64,000 nt of DNA. It comes from Mytilus trossulus. Lineage: Eukaryota. The first letter of the stretch is position 1. Each line of letters begins with the position of its first letter. Below the pieces are notes generated by a model that searched no databases, was not told the origin of the DNA, and saw only the letters and a list, made by a program, of their open reading frames with translations. Below are positions 12,481-26,210 of this stretch, one piece after another. The position numbers and the translations under genes are program-made. The stretch lies in assembly GCF_036588685.1 (NCBI RefSeq), contig NC_086374.1:42718001-42782000 (forward strand). Direction: 5' to 3'.

Positions 12481-13068
12481 ATATATAGCATGATAACTTT
12501 TTTTTTCAATTATGCAGGTACTTTACATAGTGGCATCACCGCATACATGTAATGCATATACTTATTTTAACATAGTAGACTATTCAAATTCTAAGCATAA
12601 GATATAGGGTCCGATATAATACTTGTTTCAAAGTGGAAGTATTACCGTATTCAGTCAAAATGTATTTCCAAGGCACAAAGTACTTATAAACGCAAAAAAG
12701 TCAAATGTTCAGAAAGTTCTTTTTACAAAGCTATGTTTTACAATAACATACCTACGGCACATGAAACGTAAAAATGGCCGAATTAACACTGTGCATTGTG
12801 CTTGTTTTTATAATTTAATGTTTGAAGTAACACGTCTACTGATTGGCGGAAAGTTTTGTGTATATAAGCTCATATAAACATCATGTTGTTATGTGCCAGT
12901 GACGTCATCAACGTTGTTTTTTTATGATTTACTTCTTAAAAATGGAATTCAGAAGGATTGGAAAAATATTTTTTCTTTCGATTCGCAATAACTTGAAAAA
13001 TATGGTGCACATTTTAAATAACCCATGTGTTTTAGGAGACATTTGAAGATGAATGCTACATTTAATTG

Positions 13069-13379
13069 TTACACTGCATGTCTGGATTTTGTGTCATATG
13101 ACAAACTGCCCTGTGATTTTCGTGGTACATAATCAACTTTTGTCTCCCAAATGTCGTTAAAAACTACTTTTTCTTGATCATCTTCGTTCTTGTTATTCCT
13201 TCGGATGATGCATACGATAAAGGCAGCCATCATTAGTAATATTCCTCCTAACATGGCGGGAACTAATGAAAAGGAAAAGGAATAAGAGAAATCTGAATTT
13301 TGTTGCACTGTCTTCATGCGATAGTTTGATGAAATTGTTGCATACAGAATTCTACCACAGCCAATCAATACTAAAACAC
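13069..13379 (-). CDS. Gene C exon 3 (end of TM3, TM4, C-terminal tail) of a claudin/PMP22-like four-TM protein (~219 aa)
   Basis: Acceptor ttacag|GTGTT (phase 1), in frame with ORF 13069..13368; FSFSLVPAMLGGILL TM4. Confidence 0.85.
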
Positions 13380-13809
13380 CTGTAAATAGATTTGTAGTAC
13401 AAATATCACTGATGTAAATAGTAACCTTAATTTTGATACTACAATGGTCTAAAGTTCACATTTTCAAATCGTGAATCCTCGAAAAACAGTTTAAACAAAA
13501 TAATGAACATTTTATACAACGACGTCAATGCGGGTCATTTGGTTTAACAAAAAAATCTAATTGATAATCAAGGTTTTCGTCACTCATTTGACAAACAAAC
13601 AAAAGATGAAGGAACAGAGCTAAATCCTAGTTTATTTCAAATCATTATTTAGTTCTGCATCTTTTCGTAGGGCCATTGTTGTTACATCTGACCAAATGGT
13701 ATCAGACAATATCGTGATTGCTTGTTAGTGTACAACGCTGTATGTTATTGATTGATGTAACAATTATTTATACCATTGGCAAACAGGAAGTTATTGCACC
13801 ACTGATGTC

Positions 13810-14520
13810 TGAACTGCTTACACATTTCAACGCAACAGTATTAAGATCCAGACCAAAAATGAAATCTTTCTTATCCATAGAAGCCATGAAAAGTTCGTAT
13901 TTTCCTTTTTAAATGAGTGTTATTATATTTCGACCTATCGGAAAGCAGGTAGGTGTTGAACAAAGGCAACAGTTGTATACCGGTGTTCAAAAGTCATAAA
14001 TTGATTGAGAGAAACAAGGCTGATGTTAAAATGGCTTACAAGCTAATACTCAACATTATCAGGCTACAGACCAAATATAAAATAGTTCCCGTCCAAATAA
14101 GCATGTATCAAAAAAGTGTTCTATATATACTGAGTGTTGTTACCTTGTAAATAGTAAAACATGAATTGACAGATTCGCATATTGCTTACTCGCTACTACT
14201 CAACATTATCAAGATGCAGACAGAATATAAAATAATTCCATAACAAAGATTCCACGGAAAGTTTAACGCAAATTGTCCTTGTATTGTGAGTGTTGTGCCA
14301 TTTCAAACAATCGCATGCAGGAAACGGATGTATGGTCGGTGTCAAATGTGTTTACACGCTACAACTAATTATTATCAAGCTCCAGCTAGACCAAATATAT
14401 AAGTACCCCCTGTAACAGAAACCAAGAAAAGTTGACGAAATTGTTTTATGAAAAGTATTTCGGACGGACGGAGAGGAACGGACACTAGAACTGCTTTCGC
14501 TTTTGGTGACTCAGGTAAAA
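13810..14520 (+). mobile_element. Decayed Helentron-associated (HINE-like) element: ~4 degenerate repeat units followed by a (GGAC)n-like tract
   Basis: Recurrent gcttac...caacattatc...agaccaaat...gagtgttgt units and cggacggacgg at 14461. Confidence 0.5.
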
Positions 14521-14780
14521 TTCATAGTTGGCCTAGTTATCAAAAGTGTTTTGCAATTTATTGGTTGAGTTTTCGTTAATAATTCAACAGCATGAGTTTG
14601 AACAATATTAACATGCAAGTTCGAAAAGGCAACATTAGTTCTCGGCTTTATACTCATACTATTTTTTATACCTTCAATTAATACAGTGCATGTCACCCGG
14701 TCAATGCATATTAGTTACCCATTTGTATTTAGTAACATATGTTTATACACTATGTATTCACTTAGAAATTTGATACGTAC

Positions 14781-14923
14781 CTGCTATCACAAACATGATT
14801 ATCGCAGTAACCAGACGCTTGTGTGGCCAATTGTGTCTTGCATCTAGAACCAGTACTATCACGCTTATAACTGATATAATTATACTTAGTAAAACTTCTA
14901 CATGAAACTCCAACATCCAAAAA
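14781..14923 (-). CDS. Gene C exon 2 (TM2, loop, TM3: FWMLEFHVEVLLSIIISVISVIVLVLDARHNWPHKRLVTAIIMFVIA)
   Basis: Acceptor tttcag|TTTTTGG (phase 2), donor GCAG|gtacgt (phase 1); 143 nt fits the frame. Too short for the ORF track. Confidence 0.85.
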
Positions 14924-15574
14924 CTGAAATTATCAATTTAGAAAAACAGGAATAAAAGTCAAATAAAACTCATTAAAAAAAGCATGCTATTTGTCTAACA
15001 ATTAAACAAACACCCAATTGTTCAGAGTCTATCGTTTGTTGGCGTGGTTTATATATGTTTCTTGTTTTTTTTATATATTGATAAGACCGTTAGTTTAACA
15101 CTAGTCATTTAAAGGCCATTCACAGCTTACTATTTGTTGTGAGCCAAGGCTCTGTGTTGAAGGCCGTACTATGATCTATAATTGTTAACTCTTTATACAT
15201 TATGGCTTTGATGGAGAATTGTCTCATTGTCACCTATACAACATCTTCGTATTTTATATAAAAATAAAGCATGCATGCAACAAGGTCAAGATTTCAACTT
15301 GTACATAAATAAAGGAATATACCAGCATCTGTACAATAACTCAAAATATACGGAATCAAAGATCAATTACAGTTAATGACTTTGATTACAACGTGTATTC
15401 CAAATGATTTTTTATAAGTTTAAACAAATTGTATAGTAAGTGTGCAACAGAAAACATATAAAGAAACTGTAAACTACGATCTTTACATACGGTTCTTAAC
15501 TAGTAAATTGACATTGTTTCAAAAGTTTAAATTTTGAAAATATCTTATTTGATATACAAGCTTTTATCACTTAC

Positions 15575-15780
15575 AGGTCAATTCCCTTTTTGTAATGGTA
15601 TATTTCACTGAACTGGTTGACTGTACAAGAATCTGCACAGGTTAATCCATAAAACAATCCTATATAAACATGGTATCCCGAGGTTTTGTATTCCTTTACC
15701 ATCCAACCTGGAATACATGCTGCAATTGTAATCAACACTGAAGCAGCTATTCCTAAAACAATTGGTACAAGAATTTTCAT
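15575..15780 (-). CDS. Gene C exon 1 (TM1 and first loop with W...GLFY...C...C claudin-like signature)
   Basis: ORF 15571..15780; donor GACCT|gtaagt; 206+143+311=660 nt. Confidence 0.85.
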
Positions 15781-16290
15781 ATTGATATTTGAAAATTATA
15801 GTGTTTTAATGTACTTCTTTATTTGCTGTTTCATCAAATAATACTAAGAAATAAACTCAAATGATTTCCTTTTTCCTGATTATCTTACATCCTTTATATT
15901 TATACAAGTAATATTAGTATAATATGTATTACCATAAATAAACATTGTCACTAATCTATTTGTTATAAAAGGATATACTTTGATTCGAAACTGATGGTTG
16001 TAAATATTTAGTGATATTCAAATAATGATTTATTATAACATAAGTCATTACGTTTTTAAAATTATAAAGAATTTTGTAATTTCAGTCGAAAGATTGTTTC
16101 GCTAAATTGTCGGTGACTTAACTCTAAAAATGACAAACATGACCTCTAAGAAATAAAGTATATGATGTATTTTAGCTGAAAATCTTATTAAAATTGCATA
16201 ATCTAAACTTGAAAAAAAAACAGTTGACAATCACTAAATTACAATCTCATTACTTATGACAGGCACATACAGACAGAATGTGGCGGGGTT

Positions 16291-16674
16291 TGAGTGTATT
16301 TACAACCATTGGGTCGATGCCACTGCTGGTGGAGATTTATTTCCCGCAGAGTATCACTACCCAGTAATCAGCACTTATTTTGTGCTGACATGAATTATCA
16401 TTGATATTGTTATATTTATAAATTAAGTGTTTACAAAAGTTTGATTTTTTTGAAATACTAAGGCTTTTTTACCTCAGGCATAGATTATCTTAGCTGTATT
16501 TGACAACACTTTTAGGAATTTTGGATCTCAATGCCCTTCAACTTTGTACTTTATTTGGCTTTTTTTAAAACTTTTATGGATTCGTGCGGCGTCACTGATG
16601 AGTCTTTTGTTGACGAAACGCTCGTCTGGCGTATATATAAACTTTAGTCCAGGTATCTATGATGAGTTTATTTA
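16291..16674 (+). mobile_element. Retrozyme-like unit (~372 bp) ending in a hammerhead, with short terminal redundancy, nested in another repeat
   Basis: TGAGTgTATTTA at 16291 and TGAGTtTATTTA at 16663; 5' hairpin actgctggtg...cccagt shared with the 22209 and 27320 copies. Confidence 0.7.
16589..16632 (+). ncRNA. Type I hammerhead ribozyme, minimal stem III
   Basis: GCGTCA-CTGATGA-GTC ttttgtt GAC-GAAA-C gctc G-TC^TGGCGT: intact core, stems I and II pair, GUC cleavage triplet. Confidence 0.8.
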
Positions 16675-18877
16675 AATATAATTGCTGGCGCCGACCCCTC
16701 TTCTAACCAGGAACAATGACGTAACAGTAGTGCAATGTAAACACAATATTTAAAATCAGTTGAAAAGTGCTCAACTCATCAGATTTAAAAACAACAACAA
16801 TACAGATCTGAGAGTGCTCGCAGTTACTGAAAGCTATTATATAATAGTTCATATTACGCCAATAACAACTAATAAAAATTAAAGTATTCAAGATGATGTA
16901 TAATAACCTTGTGCAATGACAAAGAATAGGTATCGAAAAATTTATTATTTTGTTGGGTTTTAATTCATTGATAAAAAACCAAATAATTGTACTTATAAAA
17001 AAAATACCCAAAGATCTCATAAAATAACGAAGAATACATTTTTTTAGAAAATATATAAAAAAAAAAAAATAATTGACCATTGGCTAAAAAAACAACCTCC
17101 GCGCTATCTATTCAATTCATATATGAAACATGAAGAAAATTGAATCAATTGATAGGTCTGTTGCCCCAAGTTTGACAGAAGGTTCCAAACAATGATGTAA
17201 GTAATGTGCCCATGGGTTTGCCAATGGATATATGATGCACTAGTTTAAAAAAAAAGGAGATTTCCAATGAGGCAACTATTAACTAGAAACAAACGGAAAT
17301 AAATATGAATAACTATAAGTCACTTGTGACCTTTATCAATTAGAAAACCCATATTGTATAGAACGTTACAATAAGCATCGATATGACAAAATGTGAAACA
17401 ATTACAAAAGTTAGCAACGGCATAATATTTTATGACAAAACGATAAAAAAAAACCAGTATGACAGCCAATGACTAACAGACTCCGGACTGCCCACTTTAT
17501 TTATAAATGTAAACGTGTTATTAACAATATGTCCGCATTATATTAATTTGGTAACAATTTGATTTTGGATTCAACGCATCTTTTGATGGGCTTACCGTGT
17601 TTTGTCTATCAGCCCATAGACATAAGTTTGTCCACTGTTTTCTACATTTAAAAATGTCTGTCAGAAATATGACAGCTTTTGTCCATTCGTTTGAAGTGAC
17701 TTATACTTTGATTTTGCCATTTGACTAGGGACTTTCCGTTTTGAATTCCTCTCGGAGTTCAGTATTTTTATGATTTAACTTTCTGTCATCTTTACAGTTA
17801 CAGTAAATTGTTAATATTACACTTTGTAATAAACCACTACGCGGGTTATACAGTGTGTACCACATTTTTTATGTTTTGTCTTCATAGACATAAAAATATT
17901 AAAGACATTTCAGATTTATTTTATTCAAGCATAAGTAGAGACACGTGTCTATTGGTGTATACTGTATTTGAACTCTGGTATATAACTGTTGTCCTTATTT
18001 AGTTTTATAACGTCCTTTGCTGTGTAAAATTACTACCTCACAGACACGTAAACCTCTTCTGTTTTTATTGATATTTAGTTCATTATATACAATATCTTAT
18101 AAATACAAAATAACGCTTTTCTGCCTTTTCGGGTGCTGAGGGAACAACCATTTTACTTTAAGGGGATTTCTGTTTTTTTAACCCAGTTTTGCCGCACATT
18201 ATTGTTTTTAAAATTTAACACTATAAGGTATGAGAAAAATCTGGATTCAGATAAAAAAATATCTGGTCATCTGCTAGACCATGCAAGGACCGAAGCTCAT
18301 AAACTCGGCAATCAAACGTAAGACTTCGGGAATGTCCGGATAGCCTACAACCTTGCTTTGGAACTTGGTGCTAGACTACAATATTGTTGTTCTTCATCAA
18401 ATTCGGGATCAGGGGATCAGAATATTGTTTTAGGGGAAAAAAACCTAACCCTCTCCCCTTTTTATAAAGTTAAATGGTCGTTCAGTAACTATCTGTTGAT
18501 TTGTATTTTTTTTTGCAGAACATATGCATTTTAATTGAAATTTAACTTCCAAATGTTTTTCTTTCGAAATTTTGTTTGTTATTACTTGACTCAACTAGTA
18601 AATATGACAATTTATAATGTATATTGACAGGAAATAAACCAACTTGTTTATTGTTTCATTCGTTTCCTTTTTAATGAAACAATTATATAGAGTGGTATAG
18701 TAGTCGACATTTTAAAACTTTTCAATTGAACAAACTTCCGTTTTCCTTATGACTGCTTAACAGCGATCAATGTTTGATAGAAAATGATCCAATGGAAAGC
18801 GACTTTTGAAAAAACTAAAGAACACAATAGTAAAGTTTTTAATGTTGTTTATATTGCTTTGAAGTACTAAGTAAACA

Positions 18878-20701
18878 ATGCAGTTGTTCCTGATTTATAG
18901 CATATTATTTCTGGTGAATTTTCAGTATGAAAATGGACAAAGATGTGTCGGTAGATCATGCAACATCTTTTATGATATTTTTCCTACAAGTGTAATCTGT
19001 GATGTGACCAGTGAGGACCAATGGTGCATGGACAGTTTTCGTAAACTTTTGAACGATACAAAGAGTTCTTACTTAGGAGACGATCAATTTACATTGGAAA
19101 TAGAATGTCATTGTGGTGGAAATATAAGTATAAAGCAACCAATAAGATTACCGGGAATGACAGCATGAACCGTCAGGAACTGTTATATTATCGATTATTA
19201 TGATTATGATTTTTCACCAGCAGTTTTGTTGATCGAATCGGTACTGCAAAATTTGAAATTTACCAACTGCAAAATAGAGAACAGCTACTTGGTTTTTGTG
19301 AAACACATACAGAAAAATTTCAGAAAGTTACTGACATACGAGAAATATCAATATCCAACACTTTACGAACGTTCATTTTTCAAAATAGTTCTTTAAATTT
19401 TATTGAACAGCCAGAACGGTTCTCTATCGCAAACAAATCAATCGAAGATCTAGAGGAGTATTATAGAAATGAACTGAAACGGCATGAAAAATGTGCTCAT
19501 AATAATCTCGAGTATATTGAAATGTCATCTCTAGATAGAATCCCCGACGAAAGAAGCATTAACAAATTATTACAAAACGGCATATTTAACTCCTTTTATG
19601 TAATTAACTTGACTGATAATAATTAAGCACGGACTCCAAGAAGTTTGTTCACAAATTCTATGTACGAAACTTTTGATAGATTGGAGCAGATTGATCTTTC
19701 CAGGAACAAAATTGAGGACATAAGCTTAATTCACAAACCAATTACGTTCAAAAGTCGTCATCTATACGTTGACTTGTCAAAAAATAATATAAAAGAAATA
19801 TCAAATCAAGTTATGGCGAATTTAATAGTTTTTTTTATCGTAAGAAATAATGTTAATATAAGAGAAAACCCGCTTATATGTACATGCAACCAAACATTAT
19901 TGTATGCATTCATTGCTGTGAAATGACACGAAGTGGAGGCAATATACATATCTTAAATCAATGCAGTGTTTAGATCAAGAAAGCGAAAGAAACTTGAAAA
20001 ATATATCTGAATATTGATTCGAAAGAAATATGTAAGAAGACTGAAAGTTTAGTAGGTGCTAGGGAGGGAATATTTGAAAGGAATATATATTATTTTCTCG
20101 CATTTTCGCTTGTTCCTCTTGCCATTCTGATTGCGTGTCTACTTTTTAAATACAAATCTAGAATTGCACAACTGTATAGAGTAAAAACTTCCATTCAGTG
20201 TCATTGTCCTGATAACCCCAAAAATTACGACGCTTTTATTTCATACAGCTCGTCAGATGAACGATGGGTATATGATGTTTTGTTTAAGAGATTGCAATAT
20301 TTGTTACCAGATGCTAGTCTTTCTCTGCACCACACAGATTTCAAACCTGGTGCTTGTATAGCCGAAAATATCATCAACAGCATTGAGAACAGCAGATTTA
20401 CACTGTTAGTTCTGTCAAAAGTGAATGGTGCCAATTGGAATTTCAGAAGGCTTTTCACCAAACATTGAAACACCGACACCATTTACTTGTGTTGCTCATT
20501 GAAGACATTGACTTTAGTTTGTTAGACTGTGATCTTAGATTGTTCCTGCAAACTTATACTTATCTCAAATACTCCGACAAACTGTTCTGGCAAAAACTTA
20601 CAGGAACATTACAAGTTTCAACAAAAAGTAATACTAGAAGTCACTCACATAACCCTGTGTGTAAGCAACTTCTTCCATCAGACAATGAGTCATGTGTATA
20701 A
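18878..20701 (+). pseudogene. Intronless Toll-like receptor pseudogene (signal peptide, Cys-rich N-terminus, LRRs, LRRCT, TM, TIR)
   Basis: LEQIDLSRNKI, VDLSKNNI, NPLICTC, TM FLAFSLVPLAILIACLLF, TIR YDAFISYS...DFKPG...EWCQLEF...FWQKL. Stops at 19166, 19624 and 19924; frameshifts including ~20420. Confidence 0.9.
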
Positions 20702-22208
20702 AACTGAAATGTGATTAAAACTGATACCGATGATGTCTTACAGTATAGTATACACTTTCTATGAGGGAAATAGCAAATACATTGTCCTTCGAGGCCCAAC
20801 TAATGATTTCCAGACGCGACAGATGGCCAGAAAAGCAAGCACTCCGTTCTATAATTTGTTTGTTAGCATACTTTTATTGGGAAAAGAATAGATCGGTCCG
20901 ACGGGGGAAAAGCAAATCATTTTTATTTATAAATACAATACTGTGTTGATATTTGTTGTTATCAATTTATATTTTCGTGATCATGAAAATTGAGTTACAC
21001 TAATTTATACATATATGTTTAATATGAAACAAACGTTCGAAGATATGCGACACATTAGACCCCAGTTTCGCTGTTGTTCGTTCAACATTGAAATGTCATA
21101 CTGATATTGTCCAATGAACGCATATTCTTATTTATTATTATCTTGAAACCCATACTGGAGAGAAATTATAAACAGCTAACCAAGATAAGTCAAAATATCT
21201 CAAATTGTTGATTGACTTGGAATGAAAATTTAGCGACAGTCGTGAAATTTCTGATAATAAAGAGAAAATGAAAACAAGAATCGTTATCAGCAAGATTGGT
21301 TAGTAGCTATAATCAAGAGAACTGGTCGGAAAAATACAATCTACAAAAATGGTCAAACGACACGAAAATCATCAGTTTTTTCAGCATAGGGCTATTGTCA
21401 CGCCTGTTTTCCCCATAATACATTAATAACATTTTTTTAAATATATTCTCATGATTCAAACATGGTAAGATCTTGGTGTGTGCAATATAGCTTCTGTTTT
21501 GCTTGATATCTCAGTTGGCACCAAACCCTCACTCTAACCTTAAACTGTGGTGTCACAGTACAACATAAGAATTAGTTATAAAAAATCAGTTGAAAAAAGC
21601 TCAACCTATCAGATCGATACAATGCAGAAAAACGTCTCACAAAAAGACAGACCGAACATGCACCATGTTTAAAAAAATGCTGTGAATTTTAGCTATGCTA
21701 GACAATGCCTTTTATGTTCAAAATGACCTTGATACAAAGCAAGTGTTTATGTATATTACTTGTGAATTCTATTCATTAAGATTTTTCACTTTTGTTTGAA
21801 ATTGAAAATATGTTCCCTATAAGTTGTAAATTACTGATAATTAATACTGAATGTTAAACTTTTCACATTAGCTTGATATTGTCATAATTTGCATCTAAGC
21901 ATAATTGAAAAAAAAATATTTTCCCCAATATTCCATTAAATAATTTGTTTACATGTATCTAGTACAGTTTAAACCGATAATTGTATAATATTCTAGTCTA
22001 TTTAGTTGTCAATTTTCCAAATCACATGTGTGCAGGATTAGATAAGATACAGGATGTCCTGACAACAAAAACACAATGGTATCAATTGAACACAGTTATA
22101 TTATCGTTATGTATAATTTTACTTGACTGCAGGCCATATATCGAAGGACTCTTTCCCCTGAAAGTAACTCTTATCAACACTATTATAAATGTCCTCAAAC
22201 AATTTTTA

Positions 22209-22528
22209 CGTATTAAATTATAAGTCTGTTACCTTTGATAACTATTTACACCATTGGGTCGATGCCATTGCTGGTGGACATTTCGTCCCCGGGGGTATCA
22301 CCAGCCCCGTAGTCAGCACGAATGAATATCAATTACTAGTATCTGGTAATTTTATAAATTTACTGTTTGCTAAAGTATGAATTTTTCGAAAGATTTTCTC
22401 ATCCCAAGCATAAATTTCATTGGTCACATAAAACAAATTTTTTTTGAGTCATCAATGCTCTTCAACCTTGTATTTGTTTAGCTTTCTAACTATTTTGACT
22501 TGAGTGCCACTGATGAGTCTTATGTAGT
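22209..22528 (+). mobile_element. Retrozyme-like unit with only the 5' half of the hammerhead (CACTGATGAGTCTTATGTAG)
   Basis: Homologous along its length to 16291-16674. Confidence 0.65.
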
Positions 22529-22749
22529 AGTATCCAGTTGGTTTTTCTCTTTTGAATTGTTTCACTTTATGTGATGCCGGGGCCTTTGTATGGTGTAATT
22601 GATACCAGACGATGTCGATGCTGGATACAATGATCTTGTTTTATACTGCAACTAGTTGTGTTTATTTCCTAAATATAGTAACACAGCTATATTTTGTGCA
22701 ATGTCAATTTCATCATGAATAATTTTTTCCGCAATTAGGTGTTCCTTAA

Positions 22750-23140
22750 GGATGTCTGCTGGTCATGTTTTTGAATTCTTGTCATATTTTCGATTTTCTC
22801 AGGTTTTATCCATCCAAATGTATTAAAAAAAAATTTACACGACACCCCACTTTTGTCTTCATAAATCTGTTCAATAGATCATTTAAGATTTAGTGATCCG
22901 GCGGCATGAAATCCTTGTTATTTTTTCTTGGTTTAAAGGGTAAAAAACAATTCCAATGTTAACAAATAGTAAAGTCTGAAGAAAACCCTTTTCACGCCAT
23001 TTTCTAAATGTCTCGTATTTTGAAAACTACACACGAGACTAATGATTTTATTACTTTATTTTGTTTAAATATCAAAGTTGTTTTCATTTTAAGCATCCAC
23101 ATGAAATCCTTGTTATTTTAAATTAGAGCAGCAGACATCC
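22750..23140. mobile_element. MITE with TTAA TSD (Kolobok-type)
   Basis: TTAA|GGATGTCTGCTG ... CAGCAGACATCC|TTAA. Confidence 0.8.
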
Positions 23141-23190
23141 TTAAACGATGAAAATAAGTTTGAAATTAGTTTTACAATGTAAATAGCTAT

Positions 23191-25060
23191 CAATAAAATT
23201 GAGAAAGGAAATGAAGAGTGTGTCAAAGAGACAACAACCCGACCATAGAGCAGACAACAGCCGAATGCCACTGATGGGTCTTCAATGTAGCGAGAAACTC
23301 CCGCAACCGTAGGCGTCCTTCAGCTGGCCCCTTAAAAATATGTATAGTAGTACAGTGATAATGAACGTCATACTAAGCTCCGAATTATACACAAGAAACT
23401 AAAATCAAAAATCAAACAAGACTAACAAAGGCCAGAGGTTCCTGACTTGGGACAGGCGCAAAATTGCGGCGGGGTTAAACATTTTTATGAGATCTCAACC
23501 CTCCCCTATGACTAGCCAATGTAGAAAAGTAAACGCATAACAATACGCACATTAAAAATCAGTTCAAGAGAAGTTCGAGTCCGATGTCAGATGATGTGAC
23601 AAAGGAATATAAACAAAATGACAATAATACATAAATAACAACAGACTACTAGCAGTTAACTGACATGCCAGCTCCAGACCTCAATTAAACTGATTGAAAG
23701 ATTATGTCTTCATCATATGAATATCAGGCACAATCCCTCACGTTCGGACTTAAGTATCTTACTGTCATAAAATATATGAGAAGAACATAACCCGTGACAT
23801 GCCAACAACTGTTGTTTTTTTTTAAAGTAAATGTGTCTAGTTCCGATGCAAAGACCCTATAAGTGAATCAATATTTAAGCCAAAATATGCAATCTTTAAT
23901 GACCTGACAACAGTATAGTATCTATATCCCTTCTTAATAAGTCTGTTTAAAAGAGGGACGAAAGATACGAAAGGGACAGTCAAACTCCTAAATCTAAAAC
24001 AAACTGACAACGCCATGGCTAAAAATGAAAAAGACAAACAGAAAAACAATAGTACACATGACACAACATAGAAAACTAAAGAATAAACATACTATAAAAG
24101 ATTTTAATGTGAAATACCTGAACGTATAAGATGTCTGCATGTTGAGTTATATTTACGAATTATTTCCATATACCGATGATAAAATTTATTAAATGTTTTG
24201 ACTAGTTTTTGATATCGAAAACCCTGGTTTAATAATTTTTCAGTAATACATAAATTCTTCTCGCTAACATCTAATACGTTGTTACATACACGAGCGAATC
24301 GTACAAGTTGAGATGTTTAAACACCATAAGATGGTGACAAGGGAACGTCATCATCTTAAAATGATTCATTAACGATAGGAAATGAAAAATAACTCTCTTT
24401 TATCATAAAGTTTTGTATAAAGCTTCCCGTTAATGATATAGATATCAAGATCGAGGAAAGGGCAGTGGTCATTGTAAGTATTAGCTTTATTTAAAGTAAG
24501 TTCAACAGGATAAATTTCTTTAGAATACATACTGAAGTCGTCATTATTGAGGACCAATATATCATCCAAATATCTAAAATCTAAAAAGTGTTGTTAATTT
24601 GTGTATCAAATGTTGTTTTGATGGGTCTTTGCTAATTTTAGTCATAAATTGTAACTCATAACAATAAATAAAAAACCAGGTCCGCAATAAGTGGTGCACA
24701 GTAACTCCCCATTGGAATTCCAATAACTTGACGATATACGGAATCTCCAAAGCGAACACAGATGTTATCAAGTAAAAATTCAATTGCATATATAGTATCA
24801 AAGCATGTCCAATTGACATAGTTCTTTTGTTTATTGCTACTAAATAATGACCTAAAAGAGTTTGAACATATGTACTCGCAATCTGACTTTTTAAATGCCC
24901 AGTTAATTAGGGATGTGAATTGTTTCTTAATAAGAATATGAGGCAACATGGTATATAGGGTAGAAATCAAAACTTTGAACATATTTAAAATCACCAATAT
25001 ATGCATGCAATTTATCAAGTACTTCTAACGAGTGTTTGACACTCCAAAAGTAATTACTTC
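23191..25060 (-). mobile_element. Decayed Penelope-like retroelement: RT remnant (23837-25060) plus ~650-bp 3' tail (23191-23836)
   Basis: ORF fragments YRQVIGIPMGSYCAPLIADL, DDILVLNN...IYPVELTL, CPFLDLDI...KLYDKR, ending SLIGSLHRN*. Frameshifted; another repeat is inserted at ~23950-24090. Confidence 0.85.
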
Positions 25061-25699
25061 CATTAAATCAATGTATTGATTTAAGTTGCAGTATAGCAAC
25101 AATATAAGTTCAATGTCAGAAAGATATAAACTGTTTTGTATTCAGCTCAAAACTGGAGAACCTCGGTAGAACCACGGTAGAACCTCGCCCTTCTCCAGTT
25201 TCTCAGCATCATACAAAAAAGTTTATATGTTTTTACATTGACCTAATGTTGTATATATATCATAAACAGTGAGTTATTCTTAAAATTATTTGATTAGATT
25301 TTTCATAAATATATTTATATGATTATGGGCATGCAGTTAGCAGAGTTATATTTATAAACTAAGTTGTTCAACGTTTTAGGTCATCGGTATTGTGAAAACA
25401 GCATTTTAAATAAAAAAAATAACCAGGTTGAGAGAATTAAAGAGTTTCTCACATCACACGGAATGACAACTACGAATTGTTTTCAAATTGTCTGTCTGTT
25501 TCTGACTCTTTGAAATAACTTGGAACGTATTTTGAACTGTCTACAACCCATTATTAAGTCTTATCCCATTCGTTTGACCAAATTGAACGTCGCTGATACA
25601 GCATTCAATATCGGTCGTCTTAGCTGTTATAGCCATCGGGTTAAAACATCTTGTATTAGAGGTGTTGATTGAGGTAACGACCATTGGTACATATCCTTT

Positions 25700-26210
25700 A
25701 TCATCTTTGAAGCAGGCATTCATCACTAACCGTAAAACGTTACCGCCTAAAACCAACCCTTGGTTCAATAAATTCCTTGTAAAAATAAACTCTTTATCAA
25801 CGAAATATTGAAAAGAATCTCAAGCTCTGAAACATCGTATCAATTGTGATATATATTCTTGATATAAAGGTGCTCCTTGAATTTCGCTACATAGAAATGG
25901 AAAGTTAACAATAGGGTAGCTGTAATCCCCTCGTGTGTTATAATTTTTTGTTTTCAACTACCCTGATTGTCAACTTCTAGATTTAGATCAAGATATGACT
26001 TAACTCTGTCCGTGTTAACCTTAAATTAAAAAAAGTTGCGTTCAAAATAGTTCCTCAATTCAAAAAGATTTATTACTAGGACATCATCTTTATGTCTAAA
26101 CGTTATCATTGATTCATTCGTTCTGAGAAACTACTGTATGCAGCCCGTCTCATATAGATAGGATAAATCTTAGTGGTGTAGCATTTTCGTATAACCAGGA
26201 CACAACTTTG
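25700..26210 (-). mobile_element. Second, older Penelope-like RT remnant
   Basis: Minus-strand translation YPIVNFPFLCSEI...YISQLIR...LLNQG. Confidence 0.65.

Noticed and set aside
13810-14450. Four repeats in gene C intron 2, most with a minus-strand gtaagc, resembling an array of mutually exclusive TM exons
   Set aside because: They contain stops, lack consistent acceptors and are followed by a (GGAC)n tract; better explained as internal repeats of a HINE-like element.
16703-17080. 125-aa hydrophobic ORF and many other 60-120-aa ORFs in the track
   Set aside because: AT-rich or repeat-derived chance ORFs with no splice, domain or compositional support.
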